The position numbers and the translations under genes were made by a program. A DNA stretch of 64,000 nt, taken from contig CM060734.1 in assembly GCA_030704615.1 (NCBI GenBank), positions 48,980,001 to 49,044,000 of the forward strand, in the 5' to 3' direction. This document shows, one piece after another, positions 25,490-37,416 of this stretch. The stretch is from Takakia lepidozioides. Lineage: Eukaryota > Plantae > Bryophyta. Each line of letters opens with the position of its first letter. Within the stretch, counting starts at the first letter, position 1. The notes under the pieces were generated by a model that did not search any database, had not been told where the DNA came from, and was given only the letters and a program-made list of their open reading frames with translations.

Positions 25490-25600
25490 TTGGGGGTGGA
25501 GATCTGACTGCGGGCCCCGCCAAGGGGGTGCCGCCCCGACCACCGTACCGGCAGGCTAGCACGCCTGCATTCAACTCGCATCGTATGTCTAGTGTGTTCC
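25490..25600 (-). mobile_element. Short second copy of the same non-LTR family as 19860-19970
   Basis: CGTACCGGCAGGCTAGCACGCCTGCATTCAACTCGCATCGTATGTCTAGTGT is close to CGTACCGGGAAGCCTCGCACGCGTGCATTAAACTCCCATCCTATGTCTAGTGT at about 19917-19968. Confidence 0.6.
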
Positions 25601-25616
25601 CTTCATACCAATTTAT

Positions 25617-25735
25617 CACTACTACAATTAGGGGGGTTTTGTGATGTCCGTGACAGTCTTCTTCAAACACCTTGCGACGGATACCAGATTCGAGGAGATA
25701 CTAGGCAAGATTTGCGACTACTTCTCGTCGTAATT
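25617..25735 (+). mobile_element. CACTA (En/Spm) transposon left terminus with subterminal TTGCGACG-type repeats
   Basis: Begins CACTACTACAA at 25617, followed by TTGCGACG (25672), TTTGCGAC (25711) and TCGTCG. Confidence 0.55.
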
Positions 25736-25819
25736 TTTTTAAACCTTCATTAAAAGCTCTACGATGACATCTCATCACATGTAAGTCCCATTTATTTATT
25801 TTTTAAACATTGCATAATC

Positions 25820-26481
25820 TAGTCTTTGTTGCTTGCTATGGTTTTTGACACTCAAACTGAAACTAGAAAAGCGTGGATTGACATTAGCAAGCATCCACAG
25901 GCTCGATATCGGCTCCACGATGCCTTCAAGGAATCTTGGGCTAAACAGGGAATCATTTGCTCAAGCCCTTTGTCAAACTTATGCTCTTGGAGTTTAGTCT
26001 CCCAATGTTGGGGAAATCGTTGTGTGCTTCTGCCCTGATTCCCCAAATTTCACTAGAAGCATCTCCACTGGAAACGCTCAGTGAAGCTCAAATTTGACAA
26101 GTGACTGTGATCCTTCATCGAAGTCGGCATGCCCACTCCCAGCTAAGGGTAGGCTGGCGGTTACGTTAGAGGATCACTATCATCCCGCATGCATACAACA
26201 GTTCTTGCATTCATTCTTTTGCATCGGTACGCAGTAGGAGGGACTGGTCGATAATGGTCGTCCAGTTGGTCCTCCTCAAGCCTCTAAGGCTCAATGTCTG
26301 GTTTTTCAGGTTAACGTTCAGGCTTTTTACCATTATGGTGGTCTCTCTAGCTTTAGTCCGGGCATGTCCCTCATCCAATGGATGTGTTATATGCCTTATA
26401 GTATCATTGGGGTTTAATTTTTTCCCTCTAATAAACTAAATGACGAATGCCTTTGAAAAAAAAAAAAAAAAAAAAAAAAAA
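25820..26481 (+). mobile_element. 3' end of a poly(A)-tailed retroelement (probably a 5'-truncated LINE)
   Basis: AATAAA at 26430-26435 is followed by an A26 tract (26456-26481). The upstream Trp-rich short ORF (RKAWIDI...DAFKESWAKQG) resembles L1-type ORF2 C-termini. No TSD was identified. Confidence 0.5.
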
Positions 26482-26959
26482 CTCAATAATTTGCATAAAC
26501 CTTTCAAACTAGTTGCTTACAATATCAAATTGTTTTGTTACCTATATGTGTAATTTATGGATTTTTGATGTATTTATATTTAAATAAAATATTTATTATT
26601 AATTATATAATTTTAGTACGAAGAATCATGTTATAATATCGTACCTTATCCAACAAAAGAAAATATTAAAAGAGCATGAAACATTAGAAAGAAGTAACAT
26701 GATAGTAGGTTTGGGGTGTAACTAGGGTAGTATAGTAAGGTTTTTGGTTTACGGTAAGGGTAATGGTTCAAGATAGAATGTTGACTACTGTGAAACAAAC
26801 ATTATTTGGGTGTCACATGACCTTGAAGGGCTAGTACTTTCGGGTTCAAAGTCGAGATATACAAAGTTGTTGATATCCTCTATATAAAATAAAGCAACCT
26901 ATTATGTATATTTTTTTAAATTTATAATATAAATAGATATTGAATCGGGCCCACCCCCG

Positions 26960-27700
26960 AGAGGGAGCAGTAGCCGTAAGGCGAAGTGCCTCTTAGTTAC
27001 GCCGGCTTTGGCCGGAGTCATCTCTCGCTCTCTCTCAAAAATTGAACCATATAAGAAGGAATGAAGGGGAAAAAAAAGAATTGTCAAAGCACCCTGAAAG
27101 GCGAATCAATGATAATGAGAATGTTTTAGTAATTATATCTAATAATAATACTATGTCAACAATTGATGACATTTATATCTTTCGTTGTAATTAGACAAAA
27201 CAAATGCATGGAATACATGGCACATGCAAGCTCTACTGCAATGGTATAAATATGAATATGAAGCAAATGTATGTGCATAGAAGTAGACTTCAATAGGCTC
27301 ATGGTTGAGTTAAGGTTATGAAACCTTTATGTTTCTTCCAATCACTTACAAGGTGTAGAGATTATACTTTGCACCAAACAACATGGATCAGATCCGGTTT
27401 TGTAGGCGTCATAGTTGTGATAACAACGATGTAGGTCATAGTCCCAAAGGGAAGGCTGCATGGCACTTGCCGACTAGATGGGCTTGGATAGCATAGTATA
27501 TAGGTTACTAGAACATAACAACAAGAGCATAGCTGAAGCATCCAATTGTCAAAAGACATGTGAGATAGTAGACAATGTGAAAGTGAAAAGCACATTTAGG
27601 GCTTATTGAACTTTACATGAAACTAAACAGAGAGAAAGAAGACGCCGGCCATAGCGAGCGTAACTAAGAGCCACTTCACCTTGCGGTTCTGCCCCCTTGA
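26960..27700. repeat. Pair of about 70-bp imperfect inverted repeats flanking about 600 bp
   Basis: 26961-27030 (GGGAGCAGTAGCCGTAAGGCGAAGTGCCTCTTAGTTACGCCGGCTTTGGCCGG) matches the reverse complement of 27632-27700 (GGGGGCAGAACCGCAAGGTGAAGTGGCTCTTAGTTACGCTCGCTATGGCCGG). Confidence 0.75.
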
Positions 27701-28583
27701 AACTAAACACTTGTTATATTGGCGTATGCGTATGGAATTCCTCAAGTACATGATACAGTTTAAAAAGCCATTACTTTGCATCAAATCGTTCATGTAACAA
27801 TTCTTGACCCTTCGAGATCTGTTTCCATAGTATGTGCAACACATCACTCAATTTTAAAGTTTACCTTAAATTTGAAAAATCCATTATTAATGGTGTCATG
27901 TCATATGGATATAATATGTAATTTCTATCAAAGGTTGTTTCCATAGTTCCATAGTTTTATGTAGCACTCACATGAAAGTAATCTTGGAAAAAAACCTTTT
28001 ACTTGTGTATTACATATCTTGAATTAATTAATATATTTAGGATTCAACTAACGTTAATTTGGTGCTATCTTGAAGCGTAGAATTACATCCTTTAATAGAG
28101 AAAATAATAATAAATAAAATAATAAAAGTAGTAAAAGATAACTAGGCTTCCCAATTACGACTATTGAATTAATCTACCAAAAATTCAAATGACAGAACTT
28201 AGTAATAGGTTTCATGTCAAAAACAAATCTCATAGTGAAGTATCTCTAGACTGTTCATATACAATTCAATAAAAATCTAAGTTTAGTATATTGAGAATTT
28301 TTTAACATAGTAAAAAAATAGCATAACTCTCACTGATAGTCAACAAGGTCTTTAGGGCGAAACGGGGGTGTGTGAAAACAATGGTAGAAGAAACAAGGTG
28401 TTAAGCATTGAGCAGGTAGTGTGCGGGCACCCGGAAGGCAAGAAGACGACTAAGTATGAAGACCCACCATAGTGGAATTCTAGGTCAGAAGGATGAACGC
28501 AAGGAAATGAATGATTTCATTCAAGATATCAGCGATGAATGAAAACGAAGGATGGTAATAGTAGAAATCCTCCACGGCTTTAC

Positions 28584-29780
28584 CTGTAATATATCGAGCT
28601 GACAGTTGAGTAGCTACTACTAGACCCGTGTAAAATATCTGGACACTATGATATTCTTTGTACTTCTCTTTTATTCCTCAAAGAATATCAATTGAATCTT
28701 TCACGGTAGGCTCTGCTACCATTACTTGCACTATGAAAAATCTTAAGCACAAAGACCAGTTGACACCATTCACCATTCGCTAAATCAATTATCAGAGAAG
28801 AACCAGGGAACTACCATGGCATCACGCACCTCAATGTTGATCCACATATCTACCAGTTTACCACCAACAATCAACGGCAATATCACAACCAGATTCGAGT
28901 ACTAGTATCATCAAGGGTCTCTATGAGCAAATTTGTTGCAGCCAGTTATTCTTTTGTTTTTCACTCATGTCTGATCGTAATATCTGCACATCAACTTCTG
29001 ATACATTTAATTGTTTCAGTTCCTTTGTGTGGATCAAATTAGGACCCACACGCCAAAGTGTGGAGAGATGGTCTATGGCTCCGCTTCTAAGAAAAAAAGA
29101 ATCTAGGTTGAGAACAGAACCTTGCTAGCCAAATGCTACAAATGAAGGATTTAGGTACTACTTGTTGACAAAGGCTACATCTCTCTCAATATATTTCATG
29201 TACTCATCTATTGTTGTGGCCCCAATGCAACAAAGCTGGCCCTGATCGAGCATGGGCTTCATATGATTTGCTGCATCCGTTGGACCTTCTGTGCGCCCTG
29301 CCATTAGAACACTGATATTAACAAGTGAAAGATATAAATAAAAAGATATGATCTAGGACCTCCAGCTGATTTTTTTTCCATGACATGAACATCCAAGGTA
29401 GACACATGAGGATGAGAGGATCATAGAGATGATTTGTTACCCAAGGAGCATCACGGTTTTAGGGGCAGGTTGGCAATCACCACACACCCCAAGGTTCTTG
29501 ATGGTATGGATACGCATCCCATCCCAGGCGGTGTGTGGGGATCGCCAACTTCCCCGAAAACTGCGATGCCTCGGGCTATTTGTAATTGTCAAAGCAATGG
29601 CCAGCTTCTGAATCCCCCCCCCAAGTACAAGGTGAATCTCATCAATGAAGAGGATGACCTTGTCCTGGGTATCCTGGACCTCCTTCAGTACAGACTTGAG
29701 CCATTTTTCAAAATTTGTGCTTGCCAACCACCATCAATGCTCCAATATTGAGAACCACCACTCGTACATCGAGCAAGTTC
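28584..29780 (-). pseudogene. HSP101: HSP101/ClpB pseudogene fragment (three decayed exons of AAA+ domain 1 with intervening introns)
   Basis: Exon A 29780-29614: NLLDVRVVVLNIGAL..(frameshift)..FEKWLKSVLKEVQDTQDKVILFIDEIHLVLG (Walker B). Exon B 29297-29170: [17 protein letters not shown]..(frameshift)QLCCIG(frameshift)[16 protein letters not shown]. Exon C 28728-28584: QVMVAEPTVKDSIDIL*GIKEKYKEYHSVQI..LVVATQLSARYITG followed by a GT donor. The order is collinear with HSP101, with CAG acceptors before exons A and B. Confidence 0.9.
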
Positions 29781-30939
29781 CTGCAAAGCTGAAGCAAATT
29801 TTGAATCTTGGACGTCCGCGGCATACCATTGACATCTCATAGATAGGTAATTTTTCTTAACAAAATATTTGTTTCCTATCCTAACCAAGGAATGTAAGTC
29901 TAGCCAAATAATGCAGAGGCAGCTTTCTGTGAATTTGCTCGTGTTTATTATTGGGTTGCACTGAATGTTCTTTCATGCTGAAAAGTATATGATGTGACAA
30001 TATATGTAGAGGCGCTATAGAGATGATGAACCGATGATATCATTTGGCTGTCCCCACAAAATCTCTTCCAAATGCCGAAAAGTTAAGAAAATTCTTGTCA
30101 ACTGCCACATCTGCGAAGCCATCATCAGTAGACTCTACGACACCATATTCGTTCAGAATCACATTAAGCTCAATAAACAGTTTTCCGACCAATTGAGTCT
30201 TTTTTTTATTCAAGAAACTCAAAAGTAAACAATGACTGCTGACAAAGATGTACTTACTACTCTGTTGCCTCTCAGTTTGAGAATCATCCAAATCAAATTC
30301 TTTCCAAGGCTTTCGTGGTTGGTAGATTTTGAGAGGTCCACTCAAACAAGGCTGATAAGGCTCAGATTTCACATGTCCGTCCGCCTCAATTCCTACCCAC
30401 TCTGATATTATACTAAATATCAAAGATTCAAAGAATAAGAATTCAAAGATAAAGCTTGTATAAAGTATTGGACATGCAAAGGTTACATTTCTTTTGTAAT
30501 TGTTAATTCCAAGCTATCAATATCACAACAATTTAGAATTATAAGCAATACCCAGTTCTTTTGGATGGCAATTTGAGATCATTAAGGTAATTCTATTAAC
30601 TTATCAAAGGAACAACACTGGCAATGCACGAAACAATATGAACATCATATATTATGAATAATATAATATTCTCCAAAGACATTATCAAAATTGAACCAAC
30701 CTCCAACTTTTATAACCTTAGAAACACGTGATCTTGTCGCATTATATCTGATGTAGTTGAGGACAGCCCACCACGAGGCTTATGGGCTGTGTCTAGCCAA
30801 ATCAGTATTTCAAGTGGTAAGCCGTTGATTTGTCCTCGTGTTTCTCTCCTTACAATAGCTCCAGCCTATAAAAATTGAGCTTAGAATTGATATAGGCAAA
30901 TTGGATTGAGTCAATAGAATGACATGGATGTGTGGCAAG

Positions 30940-31106
30940 GGGGTCTGATGTAGGTGAGAGAATGGAATCTTATACAGCATGCTGTCAACTCAACACTCTT
31001 AGCATTACTCTACAGTGATTACGTCGTGACTGCCGAAATCCCCATTTTGAGTTGCCCTGCTTTGAACTTTACAGCTCAACGATTGCACGCATTTTCAGAT
31101 CTTCAA
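30940..31106 (+). pseudogene. Isolated decayed exon of a glycoside hydrolase family 9 endo-1,4-beta-glucanase
   Basis: GGLM*VREWNLIQHAVNSTLLALLYSDYVVTAEIPILSC..LNFTAQRLHAFSDLQ matches the GH9 segment GGL.W..EWN.LQH...AFL...YSDY...C...L..FA..Q. TAG replaces the conserved Trp. It is bounded by an AG acceptor and a GT donor, and no other GH9 exons were seen. Confidence 0.8.
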
Positions 31107-31379
31107 GTTTGTCTCTCCAGACCCCCTTCTAGCATGTTGTTATCTCCCCAAACCCCATCTCTCTTGGTTCCATCTCCCAATCGGGCCAGAACTTTAGGCT
31201 CCTCCTCAAGATATTTTCTCTTTCCATCCCCCCTTTCTTTGCTGCTATCTCCCTTCGTACGCATACCTTGGCGTATCATGCCCCAAAGTTCATTACTTCT
31301 CGTGTGGGATTATCCTCTTTGATTCCGGACTGTAAACTTGTAAACATGTAAACATGTAGCAATTTCTTGATTGGGTGTT

Positions 31380-31588
31380 GCCAAAACGTCGTTTCCAACC
31401 CCCCTCAGCTCCAAATCCGCGCACATCGCAAAGTCGTCGCAGAAAATCGTCGCAGATTTGCGACGGCTTGGGATCATAAAGGCACAACCTCGAGCTTGAC
31501 GATCTTGTGACGTTTTTTCGTCGCTGTCTATTGTTTTGCTGTGACAATTGTATTGAGACGCAATATCGTTGCAGAATGGTAGTAGCAG
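31380..31588 (+). mobile_element. Possible CACTA right end (TCGTCGCA/TTTGCGACG subterminal repeats, degenerate GTAGTAG terminus)
   Basis: TCGTCGCA at 31434 and 31447, TTTGCGACGG at 31457, TCGTCGC at 31518, then GGTAGTAGCA where the expected terminus is TTGTAGTAGTG. Confidence 0.4.
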
Positions 31589-31894
31589 CAAAAAATAATT
31601 AATTAATTAATTTAAAAAAAAATAGACAAGTGACAAATTTTTACTAATCTCGAGACTGACACGTGACATCTTCTAGCCCTTTCTATGCTGACGTCATTTA
31701 TCATATGACAACTAACTATTTTTTTTGTTTTTTTGTGGGAGGATTGAATCACCTACAACACAACTCACCATAAGCCAACGATGTTTGGCCATTTAAGAAA
31801 TAAACCTAGGAACGACATTATTTTAGTCACCTCAAAGTTCATTTGTAATTGTTACAAATATGGTGAAATGTTAAAAGCCTCTTGACAATTTTTC

Positions 31895-31918
31895 ATATAT
31901 ATATATATATATATATAT
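31895..31918. repeat. (AT)12 microsatellite
   Basis: Read directly from the sequence. Confidence 0.95.
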
Positions 31919-34402
31919 AACACCAACCGAAGCTAACATAAATAAGAGTCTATTTTAAGAATATGTTGAACAAAGATAGTGACATGTCACCTGTGCCTTA
32001 TTTTGCTCTATTTATTGGCTTATCTTTATTCTAAACAGGAGCCTACGCATCAGTGTCAAAAATCGCTAAGCCCATGTTGTGCCTTCCTTAGATGTCACCT
32101 CCTCTCCTTTCCATGATGTGCCTTCTCAGGTAAGATCTCCCTTAGGTAACATCTGCATTATTGAACAACTTATGAAAAATAAATGAATTTTCAAGTTCAT
32201 TATGGATGGAAGTAGATTTTAATATTCACAAGGAGGAGCCAATGGTGGTTTGTTGGCTCCTCACTAAAGAGGGAACACACATCAGTGTCAATAAATGGCA
32301 AATCGCTGTTATAACTTCCCCATACAAAACCTACACTGAATGTACCTCTCTTGGTAAAGCCTTTATCAAATTTCTTAAATTATTTATATTGTATGTATTT
32401 TCATCACAATCATATTTAAGCGTTAAGTTCAAAAGCTTATATCCTCTCATTCTCTCTGGAGTTGGTTACCTCCAACATTTTTAGCTGATAATGTTTTGTT
32501 GTTCTTTTGGGAAGTCAACCCCAAGATAGGTTTCTTTGCTCATCAAAACACAAATATGGGCAAGTGCATTAGTATCCACAATTTTTCCACTTTCCATAAC
32601 CTCAAGTTTTTTTCAGATCTCAGGCCCTTGAGATCCCTTCAGATCCATCAAGTTACTTGTAATTTCTCTTGTTCTATCTACTAAGATTAAGAATCCAAAG
32701 TTATCACCTTGGAACTGCAAAACATATTATGGAAACCGGATATTGTCAATATGATTGTATCGGCAGACATTGTTTTTGTCTTGTCAAGCAAATGTTCCAG
32801 AGTCCATTAAGCATTTGCTTCAATTATGATTGCAATTCATTTCATATGGGATAAGGTATGCCTTTTTTATGTCGCCTGGAAGGTGGTATGCACTACTAGC
32901 GTGGAGTTGCATCTGCTTGATGCACCTGGAGTTCTTGTCTTGTCTGGATTTGTCCCAAAAAATTTAGCTCTCTAGCACTTATCGAAAAGTAGTTGTAAAC
33001 GTGCCTAATCCCATATAAGATCCATAGACCATGGCTAAGGCTGCTTTGCAATTTTTTTATAAAATTTATTTGCTTGTTAAATGAGATAAAATGAGGGATG
33101 TGTGCTTTGCATCTATTTAGATTAGATGTTTTGAAAACAGACAATCAATTTTTCTTCATGATTTCAACTCCTCGTGGGACTGGTGCAACATCCTCTGCAT
33201 CTAACATTCTGATTCACACTCACTATGGTCCTCCAACTTTCTCAACTGCTAGCTAGAGGCTCTCCTAATCTGTGGAATTCTTCTGCACATCCTGACAACA
33301 AAATAAACTGGATGCTTAGGCATCACAGAAATAGGAACTCAAAATTGAAAATGCATTAGAATTTTGAGCCCTTTGTAGGAAACGCTCGATGGCTTTCACC
33401 TAATCCACTACAACCAATTATTGAGTTATATTTTTGTCATCAACCTCTTTTTAATTCGGTTCCCGTGTTTTTTCCCTTAGTGGTTTTCAAAACAAAAGAT
33501 ACAAAACAGAAACAAGTTTTATATTTATTTCTATCCAACAATAGTATTATAATTTTTTAGTATAGATATTTTACAAAATAATTCTTTGTCAAGAAAATAA
33601 TTGTAAGTATTTATGAATTCCTTTCATATGCAAACTACATCTCAAAATTATAAGCACCACAATTTATGGCTCTCAATTAGATCACGTTTAGACCAATTTG
33701 CTTCACCAATATTACTTATCAAACAAAAGCATATTGGACATATTTGGTATTGGACATACTTGTTTTTAAATTTTTTATTTATAATTTTAATAAAGCTCTC
33801 AAATGGCTTCCTCCCCTTTCTTTAAAAGAAAAAGAAAAAAATCCTAATTATATTCTTTGCTACCAACATATGTCAGAGCATCCCCACTCTACGCCTATAT
33901 GGACCCTTGCACCCGTACTGCTCGTATACGGGTCAGATTTGCCTCCAAACGTACCACACCCTTGCCCTGCTACCATATATGCCCTTAAGGGCGGACAATG
34001 AACCGCCTCTCTTTCACTGAATCCATGCACGATATTTAACGTCTTGAACCCGTCCCACAACCCAGTCGTCCCGATCAAGGATATGTCATAGCGTGCTGGC
34101 GCGTGTGAGAAGCGTATGAGAATGTCCCTGGGAAGTCTGGCACGGCGGGGACATTGGATACAGGGGCGTAACGAGGAGCAAGGGTGTGGCTATGAGCAGC
34201 CGACCCCTTCAGAGTCCTGAACCAGCCTCTTCAAAACGGGCGTAGAGGGGCCATTTCAGTGAGAAGGGTGGGGATGCTCTTAGGAGGAGCCATTATGTGA
34301 CGAACCTCTTGTTATAGTAGTAATAATAAAAATAATAAAAATAATATATTTATAAGGCGTGTTTAGAAAATACGCCTCCCCAAGGAAACGTAATTTATGG
34401 CC

Positions 34403-34727
34403 TGGTCTCTTGACACGAAGGGCTACTGCCTTCCAATGGGAGGGTGGACAACTCTGTGACACCAATCGATGCATTGAACCCACAACCACTTCCAAGGTGA
34501 GTGTTTCGTATACTTTACATTATCTGTTAAAAAATATTCTACTCCTTCTCCTAATCAGTTTGTGTTTTATTTCATCTTTTCTATCTAGAACAATTAATAT
34601 GTAGCCCAATGGTAAGGGCATATACCCTCTTACGAGTGGTTGTGGGTTCAAACCACCTTGTTGGTTGTTACAAAGGTGTCCACCTTCCTACCTGAAGGCA
34701 GTAGCCCTTCTGGGTCAAGTGACACCA
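34403..34727. mobile_element. Two tRNA-derived SINE-like copies in inverted, head-to-head orientation
   Basis: The plus-strand copy (about 34600-34727) has A box TAGCCCAATGG (34602-34612) and B box GGTTCAAACC (34645-34654). The minus-strand copy lies at about 34403-34525. They share the exact 17-mer GAAGGCAGTAGCCCTTC (34694-34710; reverse complement at 34417-34433). A third partial copy lies at about 26807-26845. Confidence 0.65.
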
Positions 34728-37416
34728 TAAGTGATATGTGTGACGTAGTAAAGGTGGAATCATTATGTTATTCCATCGTCATCGTTTCATAACATTGTCA
34801 TACTTTGTGGTTTGACGGGTTGGGCACCCTTCCTTATCTGGATTTGGTCGACAGTTGCGTAGACCCCTTCCACAACCCCTATCTCCCAGGTGAGGTTGCA
34901 ATTACCATAATTGCTTCATCTTTGTCTAGTGGTTCGCTTGCTTTGGCAACGCGTCCACCTTTCATCTTTTCTATCCAAGTTATTTCATCCATCCTGGTCA
35001 CTCATAAATACAACATGTGGGTACTTTGCTTCTTGGTTTCATGTTGTCTCTGAATGAATGAAATGAAATGAAAAGGAAGGTTGATAAGATATTGCCCTAA
35101 TTTCTCAAACATTGGTATTAATTTTTCTTAATAAACAGGGGACAGACACTGAGGCCCTGCCAGTTGAAACTCTATTTGGAATCTTAAACTCTGTCTTTTA
35201 TTCTTGAGTGCCAAAACTTGGTTTAATGGTATGATACTTATGTGTAAAAGCCATTTCAGAAAACAACATCAGTAATGTGAATGTAGTTGAAGAGAAAATC
35301 TTGGGTGAATAATAACAGTGATGAAGGAAGGGAGGTTTGATGCGGTGTGGTCAGAGATGAGCAGGACCAAGACAGTCTCGCAAGTTTGGGATTGGCAGCA
35401 AAAGCCTCTGACAATCTTGTTGGTGTTCAACTGAATGATGCAGTCTGTACGTGTGTCAGAGCGATCGAGCAGCTGCGTGAAAGTACTTGACTGCGAGACG
35501 TGAGAACATGTCGTGCATGCACTTGTGATCTCTGGGCAGAGAGTGAGAGCAGCGTCGTAAGTACAACATGAGCGAGATGATGAAGGAGATCAGGCTTTCT
35601 GGCGGATGTCCAAAGTACACAAACGCTGTAATGATGGTGTACATTCAACACCCACGGTGCGCAGTGATGTTAGAAAAGCGCTCCGTAAGTGCAAAGATCT
35701 AGAAAGATTTCCAGCTGGGGCTTTGGAGCTTTCAACTGTGTGTGGCCTGCAAGCCCCCATCCTCGACTCTTTGTACTCTCGCCAGCGCACATGTCGATAC
35801 AAAATCTCTGGCGTCTACGGTTTCGTTATGGGTCTGACCCGAGTGTGGTCTATTGGAGAGGGGATAGCTGACAAATGCGGCAGGAATTTCGATCTTCACC
35901 GGATGAGAGCTTTCAATTGCTAGGCAAGGTGCTGTCCAGGCAGGAGCAAGGGAAGGGATGCATTTGCTTCATACTTCGCTTCTAAAACCAAACCTAACCC
36001 ACCTCTTGGTAGAACTATCCCTACTCTACCGGAGCTTGGTTTGGAGGCAGTCGACCCTCAACTTTGCATTTCCCTTCAGGTGGTTGGATTCTTCTTTCAG
36101 GGCTTGCCATACTCAGTATCAGCAAGTCTATTTGGTCACAGCCATGTGACAGGATATATAGGTGACAATGCCATTGAATTCTTCTAAAATTTTCTTGAGC
36201 AGACCAAATGCATGTGTGCAAGTGAGAGAGGAAAAGTGAATCATAGATCAGTGCAAAGCAGTATCTCACTGGAAATTGGGCTGGAAATTCTTCTGATCTA
36301 GCCTCCTTATGAAATCTCTGCATGTTCATTTAATCTCAAGAGAATGAGAAAGACAAGAACAGAGGAAGACTGCCTAGCTCAGGCAGGAAGGCAGGTTAAT
36401 AAAATGTTTGAGAGTCCAATGTTTGTTAACCACTGCTACCTATACACAACAGCTGCACCTAGTGAACATACAGTGGCACCACACTTAAGTGCCGCACTAC
36501 TGCACCCCACTGCTGTTCTTGGACCTGGCTCCTGCACATCCCAATCAACCCATCATCAACAATAGAATCACACCACAATGTCCCACCAACCTGCTATGCA
36601 TGACCTACCCCAACTAAAAATGAGAAGGGAGAATTAGGAAAAGACAGCACTACAATATACTCGGGTCACACTTTACTACAAAGATGTTTCACCGTATTGG
36701 AGAACTTTGATGATAAGTAAAGCTTCCACTGTATGCATGATCTCCCCAATTGAATGCAGAGAATGAAAGAGAAATTAAGGACAAGTCACAGTGCTATGAT
36801 CCTGGATACACTTGAGGAAAGAGACCAAGAAGTTTCTTACCATATTTGAAAGAGAAGTACAGGTCCAGCTTCCATTACAATGGTGATGGCTAATGTCACC
36901 AACTTAGAAGTGTATCTGCAATCCACAGGCATACAACAGAGACCCACTTTCAGTCGGAATGCTTCTCTGGTAGCAATCATGCATTCAGCACGCAGCAACT
37001 GGTGGGAAACAGCCATGTATCCTATGCTACAGGCTCCAAAGAACCCCTGAAGGATGGGGAATTTAGAGGCAAGCTCAACTATGAGAATGATGCAACTTCT
37101 CTGCGGATACTCCTGATATACAGGGAGAAGAATACTCTGCAGGATCTGAAGAGAAACCCTCGGTTCACTAGCTCAAAAATATGAAACCGGCAAGTCCAGA
37201 ACCTCTACAAATGGCCAAATGTAGCCCCTGCTCCACATGATGGGCACTCACAAGCATGACGTGCCCGTATAGTGGGGCAAATCTGTGCACAGGGAGATGT
37301 CCATATCCGTGAGACATGCTACAACATTCACCTGAGGCACTTCCGACTGACCCTAGTTTCACAAACTAAACAATACAATGAAGCATACCTGACTAACAAA
37401 ACACAGTCTGCAAAAA

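Noticed and set aside
29437-29727. Functional ClpB CDS or bacterial horizontal transfer
   Set aside because: It has frameshifts and a stop, spliceosomal introns and plant HSP101-type wording (IHLVLG, GRTEG..DAAN), which indicate a host-derived pseudogene fragment.
34598-34660. tRNA gene (also 4205-4272 and 57989-58059)
   Set aside because: Only A/B boxes are present. No acceptor or anticodon stems could be folded, and each continues into non-tRNA sequence, so they were treated as SINE-like heads.
35400-36350. Possible gene downstream of LRL
   Set aside because: There are several short ORFs on both strands, but no consistent exon chain or recognisable domain could be built.
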